Under the pieces are notes generated by a model, which saw nothing but the letters and a program-made list of their open reading frames with translations, was not told where the DNA came from and made no database searches. 64,000 bases of DNA, from positions 24,304,001 through 24,368,000 of the forward strand of contig NC_043006.1 of NCBI RefSeq assembly GCF_006345805.1. The letters run 5' to 3'. This stretch comes from Octopus sinensis. Its lineage: Eukaryota. The position numbers were made by a program, and so were the translations under genes. Below, piece after piece: positions 37,496 through 50,568 of this stretch (the stretch's first letter is position 1; each line of letters begins with the position of its first letter).

Positions 37496-38479
37496 TGAAA
37501 AAATATATATATATATACACACACACATACACTTTTATATATGTACACACACGTAGAAGAGTAGACCATCATTCCTGGCATTTGTTGATTTGGAGGTGCT
37601 TGACAGAGTAGCACATTTGATAGTCACTAGGGAAAGCAGGTGTAGACAAATGGCATGTGAGGGCTGTAGGAGCTATGTACAAAGATGAAGTAAATTAAGT
37701 GAAAATCAGCAATGACTTCAGTAACGAATTTATCATTGGCGTTAGGAAGGGCATCCAGTCATAGACACCATACCACAACAGACAGTTGGAATCCAAACAG
37801 CTCTCTGTCAAAGGTTCTGAAAAATTGATGTGTACGTACACGTATGTATGCACGCACGCACACACACACACACACACAACATCAATTGTTTATATATAAA
37901 TATTATATTACAAACATACACTCTCCTCATTCTAAACACTGATCAATTCAAGTATAACGATGACGTGAACTATAGGCTGTATATACTAGTGGACAGCAAT
38001 ATTAACTTCAACAGCCTGTTGAAGATGTTCATATTATTTAAGCTGTCATACCTGTGGTCCTGTGATTGTTGACAGAAACTCTTGCTGTGGTTGTGATCAC
38101 AATCCAGACTGCCACTAATGGAACTCAATTCTGTCACTATTTGGTGGATTGTATTACAACTACTACTAATGACTAACAGATATTAATAAAGACTAGAGTA
38201 GATACGGATCGTTTGAATAAGGTTTCTAAACAGAAAATGCAGGCAAGACAACTTAGTTGAAAGCGAGAATATATTAACAGATTAAAGCTATGACTCCTGG
38301 TCAGATTTTCAGATAAGCTGCTTACTATTTTGTTGATAAAAATCAACAAAAGGCAATAAAACTATTAAGGACAAAATGCCACACATATAGCTTAGTGAAC
38401 AGTAGTAGTTATGAACTTCAAGACAGTGAATTACAACAAAGCAGGAAATATAAATTTTATTGTACAATAATTCTATTTA

Positions 38480-38820
38480 TCATTCCTTAACTTGTGTCAG
38501 TCATTGAACTGCAGCCATGCTGGAGCACTGAATTGAATGGTTTAAATCGATTACAGTGACTCCACTACTTATATTAAATAAGTTTGCTACTTACTCTGTT
38601 GGTTCTTTTTTTGCCAAACATTTAAGTTATGGTGATATAAAACCAATGCACACACACACACACCCACACTCACACAGAGTTTCTATCAACCAGATTCTCT
38701 TACAAGGCATTGGTAAGCATAAGACAAGTAGAAGACACTTGTCAAAGTGCCTCAAAGTGGAATTGAACCTGGAATCACATGGTTGCAAAGTAAACTTCAT
38801 AATCACAGCCATGCCTGTTT
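38480..38820 (-). mobile_element. tRNA-derived SINE (family A)
   Basis: ttgaactgcagccatg...agtagaagacacttgtcaaagtgcc...cacagccatgcc. Confidence 0.7.
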
Positions 38821-39187
38821 GAACTATCAATTATACTTTATTTATTTAGCAGCTCAGTGTATATGAAGTTAATGCGAAAATAATAGCATTAAGGATTTCA
38901 ACAGAATCGACAATTTAAGTCACAGATTTCTCAATGTTATAGCACTTTAATAAAAAATGTTAAAATAAGATATTAATCCAAACACCTTCCATGATCATAC
39001 ATTAAGATTCTACAAACACTGCTAATATTGGTTTACAAAATGAAGTCATAATTTTACATTTGGCAACTTCATCCAAGAAACAAAGCCATCTATACTTGAA
39101 TTTCACAAAGTCATCAATGACTTTTATGATGACAGGTGAACGGGCTAAATACCATCAGAAAACAACTAATTATGGTAGATATTTTAC

Positions 39188-39344
39188 CTTGTCAGTTTGG
39201 TACCAATTGCCTCTCGGTCTTCCTGTTTCTCCTTCTCTGTTTTAATCGGAATGATATTTTTCTCAACAAGTTCTCGTCGAGATGGACGATTGTTCAAGAA
39301 TCGAGCAAGGCTGTCATGTCGAGCGACTTTGGCACCTAAAGAGT
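39188..39344 (-). CDS. PHACTR: PHACTR exon encoding the first motif of the C-terminal RPEL triplet (157 nt, phase 1/2)
   Basis: Acceptor ttattccag|AC and donor ACAAG|gtaaaa. Encodes [51 protein letters not shown], containing RPxxxEL. Confidence 0.97.
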
Positions 39345-40090
39345 CTGGAATAAATAAATAAAAAAATAAAGAAATAGGGAAGATGCTAGCTTTCACAGAT
39401 ATTATGTTGAAATGTCTATTTTAAATAAGTGAGAAATAATGCCAATATAATTTAGTGCAGTTGATATAATTCATTTTCCATTAGACTACTAAATATCTGT
39501 ATGATATGGCCTATTCCATTATAAAAATTTGTGTCATTTCTCATGGTCTGCCTTGCATAACTTGCAGTTTATCAGGGATACAGCCTCCTTCTGCTTGATC
39601 AATTCCCCCATGTTTTTTTGTTTTTTTTGTGGTAATAGTCATCTCATTTAACTAGTTAGCAGGTGTAACATAATGTACAAAAGGTCTAGCTTCAAAATAG
39701 CCCTGAAGTAGAAATTAGGATGAGTACTTTTAAATGTGCCACATCTAAGCTGCTCAAACAGGAGGTATCCTTTGTCAATCTACACTTATCCATCTGAGAC
39801 ATATATCAAAAAACCTATACAGCTACATATACTGTTTTAATCTCAGCACTGGGTGCTAAAGAAATTATCCCTTTAACTTAGACTTGGCATTGACAATACA
39901 TACCTAAAGTGGCTGACAATGACTTTCTACTGTTGTATGCAGTAGAGTCCAGATTTCACTACTGTACAAGGATAACTTTTACCATGTAAGCCATGTAAAT
40001 GCTTATTTGTTAGTGTACAGGACAACTTATCATTGCTGTAGACTTATTTAAATTACTTTGTGTCACAAATAATAAACAATTAATCAATTA

Positions 40091-41264
40091 CACAAGTTGA
40101 CAAAGAATTTGTACCAAAAAAAAGAAAAAAAAAAGAACACCTGTATCATAAATGTTTTTTCCATGCAGAATTCAAAAATAATGTCAAATTATCTGTATCG
40201 CCCACAGTTTCTCTGTTCCACGATATCCCTCTCAGTTCCTGTTACATGGGCTAAATTTCAGTTAAGCTGTTGAAATGTGAAACTAATGCTTTAAGAAATA
40301 CTCCTAATTTAAATGCTTATGAATAGAGTTAACCTAATGAAATCATAAATCTAGCCATTTGAATCAATGAGTCACTGAAGCTTGGTAACACTGAGTCAAT
40401 GATTCACCAATGCTTTGTCAGTACTGTGCTTGAAGTGTAGGCGTGAGGTTGTGTACTAAGTTCACATATTCCATTCACCTTCATAATGTCAAGAAACTGT
40501 ATAAACATTGCAAACAACTTTTGCTATATTTGTGGTGACTTAAGATTCAAGTCACAAAGACAGTGTTTCATGCTATTGATTAAAAAGTGTTATGAGCATT
40601 ATTTTGACTGCAAAGTGGGTGACCAGGATAAAAGCTGGGCACCTCATGTGTTTTGTGTAACCTGTGTCAGTCTTCTCAAATGCATGGGCCAAAGGTTCAC
40701 ACCATATGCCTTTTGCCATCCCTATGATTTGGAGAGAGCCCAAAGCTCACGCTTCAGACTGATATTTCTGTATGACGAATATACAAGGTATAACATCAAA
40801 ATCCAAGCATACTGTAAAATATCCTAATTTACAATCTGCTATGAGACTAGTACTTCACAGTCAACACTTATCTGTATCTGACCCTCCAAAACAAAATGAC
40901 ACTTAGTGGTGATGAGTCAAGTGATGAAAATGTGGAGAGAGAAGCAGAAGACATGGACTTTGAGCCTAACTGTTCTTCAAGTGAACCACATTTGTTGAGT
41001 CAGGGAGATCTTAATAATATCTTGGATGGGATTTAAACTTGTCAAAAAAGCAAGCTAAACTTCTTGGTTCCAGGTTAAAGGGCTGGAATCTTTTCCAGAA
41101 AGAGACCAAAGTTAGTTTTTATTGTGCTCGGCATGGTGATTTTGCTAAACCATGCCTGATAGAAAAATTCTAAAAGCAGATTCAAAACCTGCCATTGAAG
41201 TACTATAAAGTTCACTTTCTTTAGTTCATGGGACAGCAAAAAGTTTGAATTTTGTTGACCAGTG
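40091..41264 (+). mobile_element. Chapaev3-like (CMC) DNA transposon, internally deleted
   Basis: TTA direct repeats flank CAC...GTG ends (cacaagttgacaaa / tttgttgaccagtg). N-terminal transposase remnant NFCYICG...CKVGDQDKSWAPH..C..C in ORF 40486-40827. Family name assigned from recalled motif similarity. Confidence 0.7.
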
Positions 41265-42375
41265 TTATCAAACAGGTTCTAGTTATACAAATAGGATTAC
41301 GGTGTTACTACACACTTCAAACAACAGTCAGAATTCTATCTAAATAAATGTGACATACCATGAAAAATAAATTAAAGGTTTATGACTAAATTATGTAAAC
41401 CAATGATTGTTGGTTCAACTGCATGCAGCTAACTGGTTTATCAACAAAATCTAACTGGAACAATTTGAAAAAATTTATGACAGTTGTTAAAAACGTCTTT
41501 CAGTAGCTCTATCTGTCTGTCTTTCTCAAACACACTGGATTCCTCACACCAAACTCTTCTTCATTTGTTGCTACTCTTTCTATCTAGCCTCTTCTCTCTC
41601 AACTTCCTTCCATGTTACCTTTCAATGTTTTTGCTTTATTCTTTTATTCCCCCTTCTTTCTTATTAGCAATTACTATTCTGTCTATCTCAGTGTAGCCAT
41701 GTCTCTCTCTCTACTCTGTCTCTTTAAAACTAACTATCTTTCACCAGCTCTCTCTCCGAAGTCTACTACCCCACCTCATTTGTAAGCTGGATTCTCATTT
41801 ATCTAGCATATCAGCCCTTCCCCTTTTGACAGTTACTGAAGTTAATTTTAAACACACATACATGTACACAAACTTTTTATTTATTGATTATAAAATTATA
41901 AAAGTGTTTATAAGTGAGAGAAAGGAAATAAATAGCTAGTTTGATAGGGAAATATAAAGACAGACAAATGCACACACATGCCTGCATTTTAGAAAATTCC
42001 TGCTGGCCTTTTGGAATCCACATGGCAGCACCACAGCCAGAAACCAATAGCCTAGGCTGAAGGGAGATAATCGTTTACCTTCGTGGTGCTTTGGTGACTG
42101 CAAGATGGCAGCACAGCTGAAGATCAATGGACAATGGCAAAAGGAGATTATCACCTAGGGCTTTACCCTTAAAAACAAGGCTTTTCCCCCTCAGGCCAGC
42201 AGTGTTTGGGGTCTGAAGATACGCTGTAAGGCTATGAGTGAGAAACCCAGGGTAACCCCATAAACCAGCCTACCCTACTATAATATATAAATAGATAGAC
42301 ATGCAAACTGGCAGACATAGAGAAAGACAAATAGATAGATTGATAGGCATACAGATTAATAGATAGGTAAACATA

Positions 42376-43654
42376 CATGAGGTGGTATTAGAAAGTTCCT
42401 GGACTAGTTATATTTAATAAAAAATAATTTATTGACCTAAGTCTTAGCACCATCTCCTTCAAAATAGTCACCTTTCACAGCAATACACTGGTCCCAACAT
42501 TCTGGCCACTTTTTGAGTCCGGCCTGGGAGTCATTTTCTGTGATCCACACTGGATTTTCACAATGGTGTTAAAACGGTGACTTATGAGCTGAATTACCAT
42601 CTTGGGGAAGAGATGGAAGTGTGCAGGTGCTAAATTTGGCGAATAGGTTGGGTACAGAAGTGATGCCATGTTTTCGGCAAGAAACTCACAAGTCAAGAGA
42701 GCTCAGTGATGGGGTGCATTGTCACCGTGAAGAATTCAATTCGTCACGCCCCACTGATCTGGTCACTTTTGCTGAATGTCCTCAATCAAATGCTTTAGAA
42801 TGTCGCAGTTGAACTTTTGATCGCCAGTCTGGCTCTACCGGACAAATTCTTGATGTACAATATCGTGGATGTTAAAAAAAGATGATGAGTAAGCTCTTGA
42901 TTGAACTGCAGCTCTGTTGTGCCGTCTTCTATTGTGGAGATGAAGGGCTCTTCCACTGTGATGACTGCTGCTTCATCTCAAGATCATACCTGTAGGCCCA
43001 ACTCTCACCATCAGTGATAATTCTTGACATAAACGATGGCTCATCAGCAGTGTGCTAGCAGAGATCTTGACAGACTTCAAAGCAATGTTCTTTCTGCTCG
43101 GTAGTCAGCAGCGAGGGACAAGCTTGGCAGAGATATGCTGCATATTCAATTCAGACATTAGGATTGCCTGCACGGAGCCATACAACAGACCAACAATATC
43201 AGCAATGCCATTGATTGTCCTCTGACAATCCTCATGCACAAGCTGATGAATTTTTCTCCAGATCTCTGGGAGTGACACTTGTGACAGGTCTTCCAGATTG
43301 CTCAGAGACATTATTCTGCTGTTGAAGCACCCATACCACTCAAAACATTGCATATGACGCATTGCCTCATTGCCGTAAACTTGCTCAATATTTGTGTAGC
43401 AGACTTCTCAAGTTTAATGCAAAATTTCATGTTGGCTCTTTGTTCCAACTTTCTGTCCATGATAAAATTACAGACTGCAGCACACATGTGATGACAAAAA
43501 CACAAATTTCACAACTTGCAAAGTAAACACAAGGATGTCACTCAGCACACTGCTTCATGAAGGTCACTGCTAGCTCTCACTGCACACACAACCATGTGCT
43601 GCCATCTGTTAGAACACTACAGAACTAGTTCAGGAACTTTTTGATATGGCATTG
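42376..43654 (-). mobile_element. Full-length decayed mariner element (1279 bp)
   Basis: TA-flanked TIRs containing aaagttcc..actagtt. HTH motif EQRANMKFCIKLEKSA and YSPNLAP.HF.LFPK. Inserted in a (GATA/GACA)n tract. Confidence 0.9.
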
Positions 43655-44594
43655 TAGCTAGATAAATAGGTACGTAGACAGACAGCCAGGTAAACAGACA
43701 GATAAAAAGACAAAAAGAGATATAGACAGACAGCTAGCTGGATAGATAGGAAGATGTAGAAAAGGACTGAGAGATCTTGTTTTCTAAGAAAATAATCAAA
43801 AGAGGGGAAGTAACCATGATTTTTGTAGGTCCCTGAGACTGGAGAGATTTGATATGGTTCATGTTCAGCTTAAACAAATGCAGCATTTTATTTTCGGTGG
43901 TGGGTTACTTGAGTGGACAGAGAATTAGTGAGGGATAGGGTTAGTTACGGTACATGGAAGGAGTGAGTTGGGATGGGGAGGATATGACGTTGATCAGTAG
44001 AGATTCCACTCAAGGTATCCAAAATGCCAGGTAGTGATATCACACTGGCTGATGGATCAAGTTTACCACGCATGTAGACCATGGTGGGATTTGAACTCAA
44101 AATGCAAGGAGCTAGAATGAATACAAGGCATCCAGCCTGGCATTCTAAGAGTTCTGCCAATATACTATCATGGATTGGTACTTCTTTATCAACTATGAAA
44201 AAAGAAAAGTAAAATTAGCCTTGGTAGGATTTGAACTTGGCTCAATTTAGAACAAAAATTGCAAGCTGCTTTATCTGATGCTCTAACAACCCAGCTGATT
44301 CATTGCCTAGTTAACTTTATGATGATAACATAACTGCAATATGACTAGGGATGGTCAGATCATTGATGATAAACAACCAGAGAGCATACAAGAAAATAAT
44401 AGGATAAAGTGATTTTTAATGAAAAGAGATTCCAAGCAAGAGGCATCATGTGACTCAACCACAGCCAGAAATACAAAGAGTGAGCATGTAAGAGAAATGG
44501 CCCAATAGCTTAAGTGAAAACTGGAACCATATAGTAAGCATAGCTTTCAGTGTGTTTACCATCACCACTCTACAAGACAGGTACTCCAACTTAC

Positions 44595-44642
44595 TATTCC
44601 TTGACTCTGTACATGCAAAGCTTCTTCTTCCCCAAGAAATCG
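44595..44642 (-). CDS. Candidate 48-nt cassette exon of PHACTR (phase 1/1)
   Basis: cctaatagggttgtttttcaaag|CG...AATA|gtaagt. In frame and stop-free: (T)ISWGRRSFACTESRN(N). Confidence 0.3.
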
Positions 44643-44887
44643 CTTTGAAAAACAACCCTATTAGGTGGATTAATTCTGGAATAAAATGAAATACAACTTG
44701 GTATGTTGGAATAACGGAATAACGGAATAAAGGAAGAGAATGTTGTTGTTGATGTGGTGTAGTTGAACAACAAAAAATATATATATGTTAGAAACAAGGC
44801 TGAACATTCATAGGAAACACACACACATAAAAAAAAAAAAACACAGAATAAAATACAACCACAGAATATCAATGACAGCAAACCTAC

Positions 44888-45054
44888 TTGGATCTTTATC
44901 TATGTAATTAATATCTTCCTCATCTGAAGAGTAATCGTCATCATCTTCATTATCGTCGTCATGCTCACTATCACCATCATCTCCTGGCAAATTGTCGTAG
45001 TCAGGGTAGTAAGTATCAGCTGGAAGATTCTCCTTGTCACTATCATTACCAGAA
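44888..45054 (-). CDS. PHACTR: PHACTR acidic exon (167 nt, phase 2/1)
   Basis: Acceptor ctcattgttgcag|T and donor CCAA|gtaggt. Encodes SGNDSDKENLPADTYYPDYDNLPGDDGDSEHDDDNEDDDDYSSDEEDINYIDKDP, an acidic tract like the one preceding the RPEL triplet in PHACTR proteins. Confidence 0.85.
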
Positions 45055-45904
45055 CTGCAACAATGAGCACACATATAAGTTATACAATTATAGCATCATG
45101 TGTGTATAGAGGGAGGTGTGGAGATTAGGTGTATGTGTGTGTGGAGGTTAGATTATGTTTAAGATTATTGAGAAGTGTGTGTGTGCACTTCCCAATAATC
45201 TTAAACATATGGCAACATATAACCCTAAAGGTCTCTCAATTCTTTCTTAATACACCAGAATCATTAATACATAGTCTTTCCATAAGCTTGATGAGATAAC
45301 TGTGATGATGTGTTTGATGTCTGAAATGGAATAAATTGATGACTAGTTTTCCTTGATTTAACAAAATGAAGGCACAAAATCATGATTAGCAATTAGGAAA
45401 ATCTCATTTAATTTAGTCTTTAAAAGAGCATCTACAAAATGATAATAGTCATTATTGTAAACACAAGGTCTGAAGTTTAAAGGAGCAGGGCATGGTCATT
45501 TAAATCAACCCCAGTACTTGACTGGTACTTTATTTCATCAACTTCAGAGGGATGAAAAGTAAAGTTGACTTTGATAGGATTTGAACTCAAACTATAAACA
45601 ATTGAAAGGAATACTGCAAAGCATTTTATCCAACTTTCTAACAATTTTGTCAATTCAATACCCTCAACATTGCCATTTCATCATAGTAAAAGTAATGGCT
45701 TCAAATTTTGGCTCAAGACCAACATTTTTAAGGAGAGGGATAAGTTGATTATATCAACCCCAGTTCTTGAGTGCTACTTTCTTTTATCAACCCGAGAGGG
45801 AGGAAAGGTAAAGTTGATCTTGTTGAGATTTGAATTCTGGATGTAAAAAATGAATACCATAAGGCATTTTGTTCAGTTTTCTTACAATTTTGCCAATCCA
45901 TTAC

Positions 45905-45952
<48 letters not shown>

Positions 45953-45953
<1 letters not shown>

Positions 45954-47180
45954 GAGAGGTGAAAATCAAGAGAGGAATCTTCCAGAGGGATAGTTTGTGC
46001 TCACTGATCTTGGGAACGATACACATGCTGGGAAACAGTACAGAAAACAAAGTTGGGGTATGATCCAGGAAAAGATTAGGGAAAACTGAACCACTTGCTA
46101 TTCAGGGATGACTTGAAGCTGTTCACAAAGAGTAAGGCAGAACTGGACAGCCTAGTCCAGTCTGTGTGAATTTTCTTGAATGATATTAAGATGGAAGAAG
46201 GGCACTGATAAGTGTGGAAGACTGTGTATGCATAGAACTCAAGAGCTTAATGAGATAACTATCCCAAAATAAGAAAATCTTGCTAGTGTCTGTTAGGAAT
46301 GAAGAAGTGTTGAAAGCAGTGAAAAAAAACAGGAAAAACAAAGGAAGAAGTACAAAGAGGACATGGAGAAGCATTACACAACAAAAGTTGCTGGAAAACA
46401 GGTGGGATTGGCTGAAGAAAGGAACACTGAAACAAGAGATTGAGGGCACTATACTGGCAGAGCAAGACCAAGCTTTGGCCATGAATTCGAGGGTCAACCT
46501 TAGGAATAAGCAAGTGTCTTCAATATGCCACATCTGTAATAGAGTGGATGAAATAATTGCCCATATCACGAATGAATGCCCTAGGCTTGCCCAAAACCAC
46601 TACAAGTTGTGATGACAATAAGGTAGCAAAAGTGCTACAGTGGAAACTGTATGAAAAGTGGGGGCAAGACAATAGTAAGCACAAACCACAGAGAGTGGTG
46701 GAATTGGAGACTTGCAAAGTAATCTGGGATTTCCCAATCCAAACAGATCAGGTGCTAGAGCATAACAAACCAGACCAAGTGGTGGTTGACAAGATGCACC
46801 ACATGTGCTATATAGTTGATGTTGTGTGCCTCTTTCACCTACGAATAGTCAAGAAGGAAGATGAAAAATAGATAAATGCAACCCTATTAAGTATGAAATA
46901 GCCTGGTTATGGAAAATGAAGAAGGTGAAGATAGCGTCAATTATTGTTGGGTCCTTGGGGACAGCATCAGAAGGCATCAAGAGGAATATAAAAGAAATCG
47001 GAATAAAGTGCCCAATAGAACTGTTACAAAAAGTTTGCCTCTCTGGCATGGCCAGAATAATCAGGAAAGTATTCGATACTTGAAAAGAACAGATAGCATG
47101 GTACCATAGGTTGCAGGCAGCAAGTCTGCTATGCATGCAAGATTCCAGGAATTCCAACAAAACCTGAGATGAAAAGAAAT
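45953..47180 (+). mobile_element. R4/Dong-like RLE LINE, 5'-truncated, directly after (AAT)n at 45905-45952
   Basis: VKIKRGIFQ.DSL; CCHC motif CHICNRVDEIIAHITNEC; WDFPIQTDQVLEHNKPD..V.D; IIVGSLG. 3' end runs into attataataataa. Confidence 0.85.
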
Positions 47181-47650
47181 AATTATAATAATAAAAATAA
47201 TTCTTCCTACTATAGGCACAAACTCTGAAATTTGGGGGAGGTGGCTAGTTATTGACATTAACCCTGGTGTTCAACTGGTACTTATTCATTGGCTCCAAAA
47301 GGATGAAAAGCAAAGTTGACCTTAGTGAAATTAGAACCCAGAACATAAATCTGGAAGAAATACTGCTAAACTTTTGTCTGGCATGCTAACAATTCTGCCA
47401 GCTTTAAATTTTGGGGGAGGCAAGGTTAATTAAAACTGACTGGGATTTATCTTATGAGTGCTAGAAGGATTTTAACATAAAGGGACAACTAAATACCACA
47501 AGGCGTTTTTGTTTGATGCTCTACTGATTCTAACAATACCAACATCTACTGTTACAACTAACATTAGTGAAACTATGTATCTCTGTCATATGACAAAGTT
47601 GTATAAAGTTGTCATTATTTAGTGGAAAGCCAGCCTAAATTCTATACTAC

Positions 47651-47880
47651 CTATTTCTTTATTACCCACAAGGGGCTAAACACAGAGGGGACAAACAAGG
47701 AAAGACATAGGTATTAAGTCGATTACATCGACCCCAGTGCGTAACTGGTACTTAATTTATCGACCCCGAAAGGATGAAAGGCAAAGTTGACCTTGGCAGA
47801 ATTTGAACTCACAACGTAACGCAGACAAAATACCGCTAAGCATTTCACCCGGTGTGCTAACGCTTCTGCCAGCTCGCCAC
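47651..47880 (-). mobile_element. Young tRNA-derived SINE (family C); older copies at about 44080-44300, 45470-45660, 45700-45900 and 47210-47500
   Basis: Head ggcgagctggcaga...gagttcaaattctgcc, followed by caactttgcctttcatcctttcggggtcgataaa..agtaccag. Confidence 0.85.
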
Positions 47881-49702
47881 CTTAAATTCTTTACTACACA
47901 AGCTAATTTGCTGTGCTAGCTTCCCAAGTTCATATTATCTTCAAACTAATAGGGAATGTAATTAAACATGACTGTCATTTCCATTCAATTAGGCTTTGTG
48001 TAATAAAAAATATGAACTGAAATGTTGTTGCTTAGAAAGCAATAATACCTCCAATTGGTGGTTGTTTAATAAATATTGTTCCAACTAGAATTGGTGGCTG
48101 TGAAATATATGTAGGAGTGTGTGATTTTAATAACAATATAAGCAAGGAAAGTATAAATACAAACGAAAGCTACAGAAACAATGTTTTAACTATAACAACA
48201 TTTTCAAAGTGATGAAACAAAAAAACTTTCCAAGATTTCATGCATTTTTTTAATACTGAGGGCATTAACATACACACACACACACACATCTCTGAAGTTG
48301 ATCATCAAAATCCAACAACTGGCCCTGATAACAGTCTTCTTCCTACAATCTGAGTGCTTACTAAACTGGCTCTTCTCCAACCTGAAGTCTTTAATTCACT
48401 AACTACTGAGTCAACAAAGAAACCACTACATGACTACTCAACTTGCTAGAAATATAGCTGCTAAAAATGTTACTTATTATTTTAAAAAAGGAAGGCCATA
48501 TTAGACAATGACATCCTAGATATACAAAAATATAGCAGCATGGTCATGGTTGGAATACATTTGATCATAGGTTTGCTCTGACAGGACTGATATGAGACTA
48601 AACTTCTGTATGCTCAGTAATACAGATACAGCTATTTACAGTTAAATACTTGGTAGCATAGAAATGCAGCAATGCACAGCTATAAACTCAGTAATACACA
48701 AATACAGCAATGTTCAGTTAAATACTCAGCAATTCAGAACCATGTATCGATCTTAAAGAAAAAGAGGACAACTTCAGGCCATTATTCTTAACTCTAAGCT
48801 GATAAAAATGATCATAGACAATCAGGTCTTATAATGTCTTGAACCACTTTCCCCACTCAACAACCCAATCACAACAAGGGTCTTTAAGTTATATTCTCTG
48901 AAGTTCTAAGTTTCCTTCAACCAATGAAGAAATCTTTATGTAGTCACTGGACCTGCTAAGACTAGCAACTAAATCTTCCTTAACTCACATTTTACTGTCT
49001 TAAAAAAAAAAGTTTGATTGGATATTGTCCTAAATATACAAAAAGGTAGGATGGCCATTGCTGGAATGCCTTTGATAAAAGTCTGCATGTTCACATCTGA
49101 TGTGGGGGCTAAGCAACAACCACAAAATTTCCAACATCACACATTAATAATATTCTCTTGCTCTTAAGAATTTCATAGAAAAGTAACATCATTTATCCTT
49201 GATGTCAATTAACAAAACAATTTGGAAATTTGGTAAAACTGTCCATCTTTGAGCTCAATCATACAATATGATATGCACTGGAATCTTTTTAAGAAGATGC
49301 TCTATTGCACAACTGGTCTTAATGGCCCCTTTTCAATAGCCTAAAGCATAGCCATGCCTTCTATATTAGCAACATATTCCCCAACATCTTACAATTCAAA
49401 AACTATCATGAGCCGACTGCCTTTCTTTCATCTCCCTGAAATTAGTGAAATAGTTTGCAATAATATACTTACTAATACTCCTCTCACTGTATCAATTATA
49501 TACTGGGCTTCATTTAGTTACCTGTACACCTCTTCTTGTATCAGTAATATACTGAATTTGATTCAGTTATCTATATCACTCTCTATGTACCACTATATTA
49601 GGACCAATTCAATTCCCCGTATCTCTCTCTGTACCAGTAATATTTTGGACTTGCTTCAGTTATTTATATACACACAAAACACAAAGAAATATAACAACTT
49701 AC

Positions 49703-50177
49703 ACTTTAATCCTGAGTTTTGGTCGTGGAATCTTATTGGATGAATTGGACTGTGGTGTATGAATAGTTGTGGGTATTATCTGAACAGGCCTTTCACTGAA
49801 ACCCACTTTTGATGGCAGGTGAGTATGTCGATGATGATGCTGTTGAAAGTGTTGATGTATTGCTAACGGGATTCCCACACTAGGGAGCTGATTGCAACGC
49901 GCTGTAGGAGACTGCAGAGTCGGGTCATTACCACCACCAAAATTCCTTTTCAGAGCACTTTTTTTGGGTATAAGATTTAAGTTGGGCTCACATGCTGGTA
50001 TAGACTCAAATGTTTCTGCTCCTGTTAAATTATCGTAGTCATCTGCTGGTGGACTTTCAGCACTGTTTTCATCCCTGTCGTAGTCTTTTGGATGGCATCT
50101 AAAAATGCCATGACCCTCATATCTTTCATTGTCTTTCCGAGACCTCATATTGTTACGCTCATTTTGGCAGCTCTCTC
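49703..50177 (-). CDS. PHACTR: PHACTR internal coding exon (475 nt, phase 1/2), low-complexity middle region
   Basis: Acceptor ctgtttacag|GA and donor AAAGT|gtaagt. Open frame ESCQNERNNMRSRKD...IPACEPNLNLIPKKSALKR...SKVGFSE...PKLRIK(V). GT|T joins the next exon in frame. Confidence 0.85.
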
Positions 50178-50568
50178 CTGTAAACAGTAAGGTGATACAT
50201 GTACAACATCTGAAAAAACATCAATTATAACTGGTGTGTGTCTGTGTGTGTGAGAGAGAGGGAAACAGAGAGAGAGAGACAGGCAGAAAGACAGTAAAAT
50301 AAGATAGATTGAACGATGTATTTCTGATGGTAATGACAGGTATGTCTTTGACTAAAAGCCCACTTGATCAAGCTTGTTCTATTTTTTGGTAGTGGGGGGG
50401 GGGGTTAAATGCAAATAACAAGTGGTCACTCGACATGCTAGAAATAGTAACCAAATCTCTTTCAAATAAAAAAGAAAGAACACATTGGATAATGCAGCCC
50501 TATAAAATGTCTAAAGTCTGCAAGAGATATCTCAAAATACATTAGTTGCAACACAAATGCATATGATC

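Larger units (their letters stand above)
35010..37820. repeat. Local inverted duplication (arms about 35010-35715 and 37045-37820)
   Basis: RT-fragment, microsatellite and flanking blocks appear in reverse-complement order in the two arms. Confidence 0.85.
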
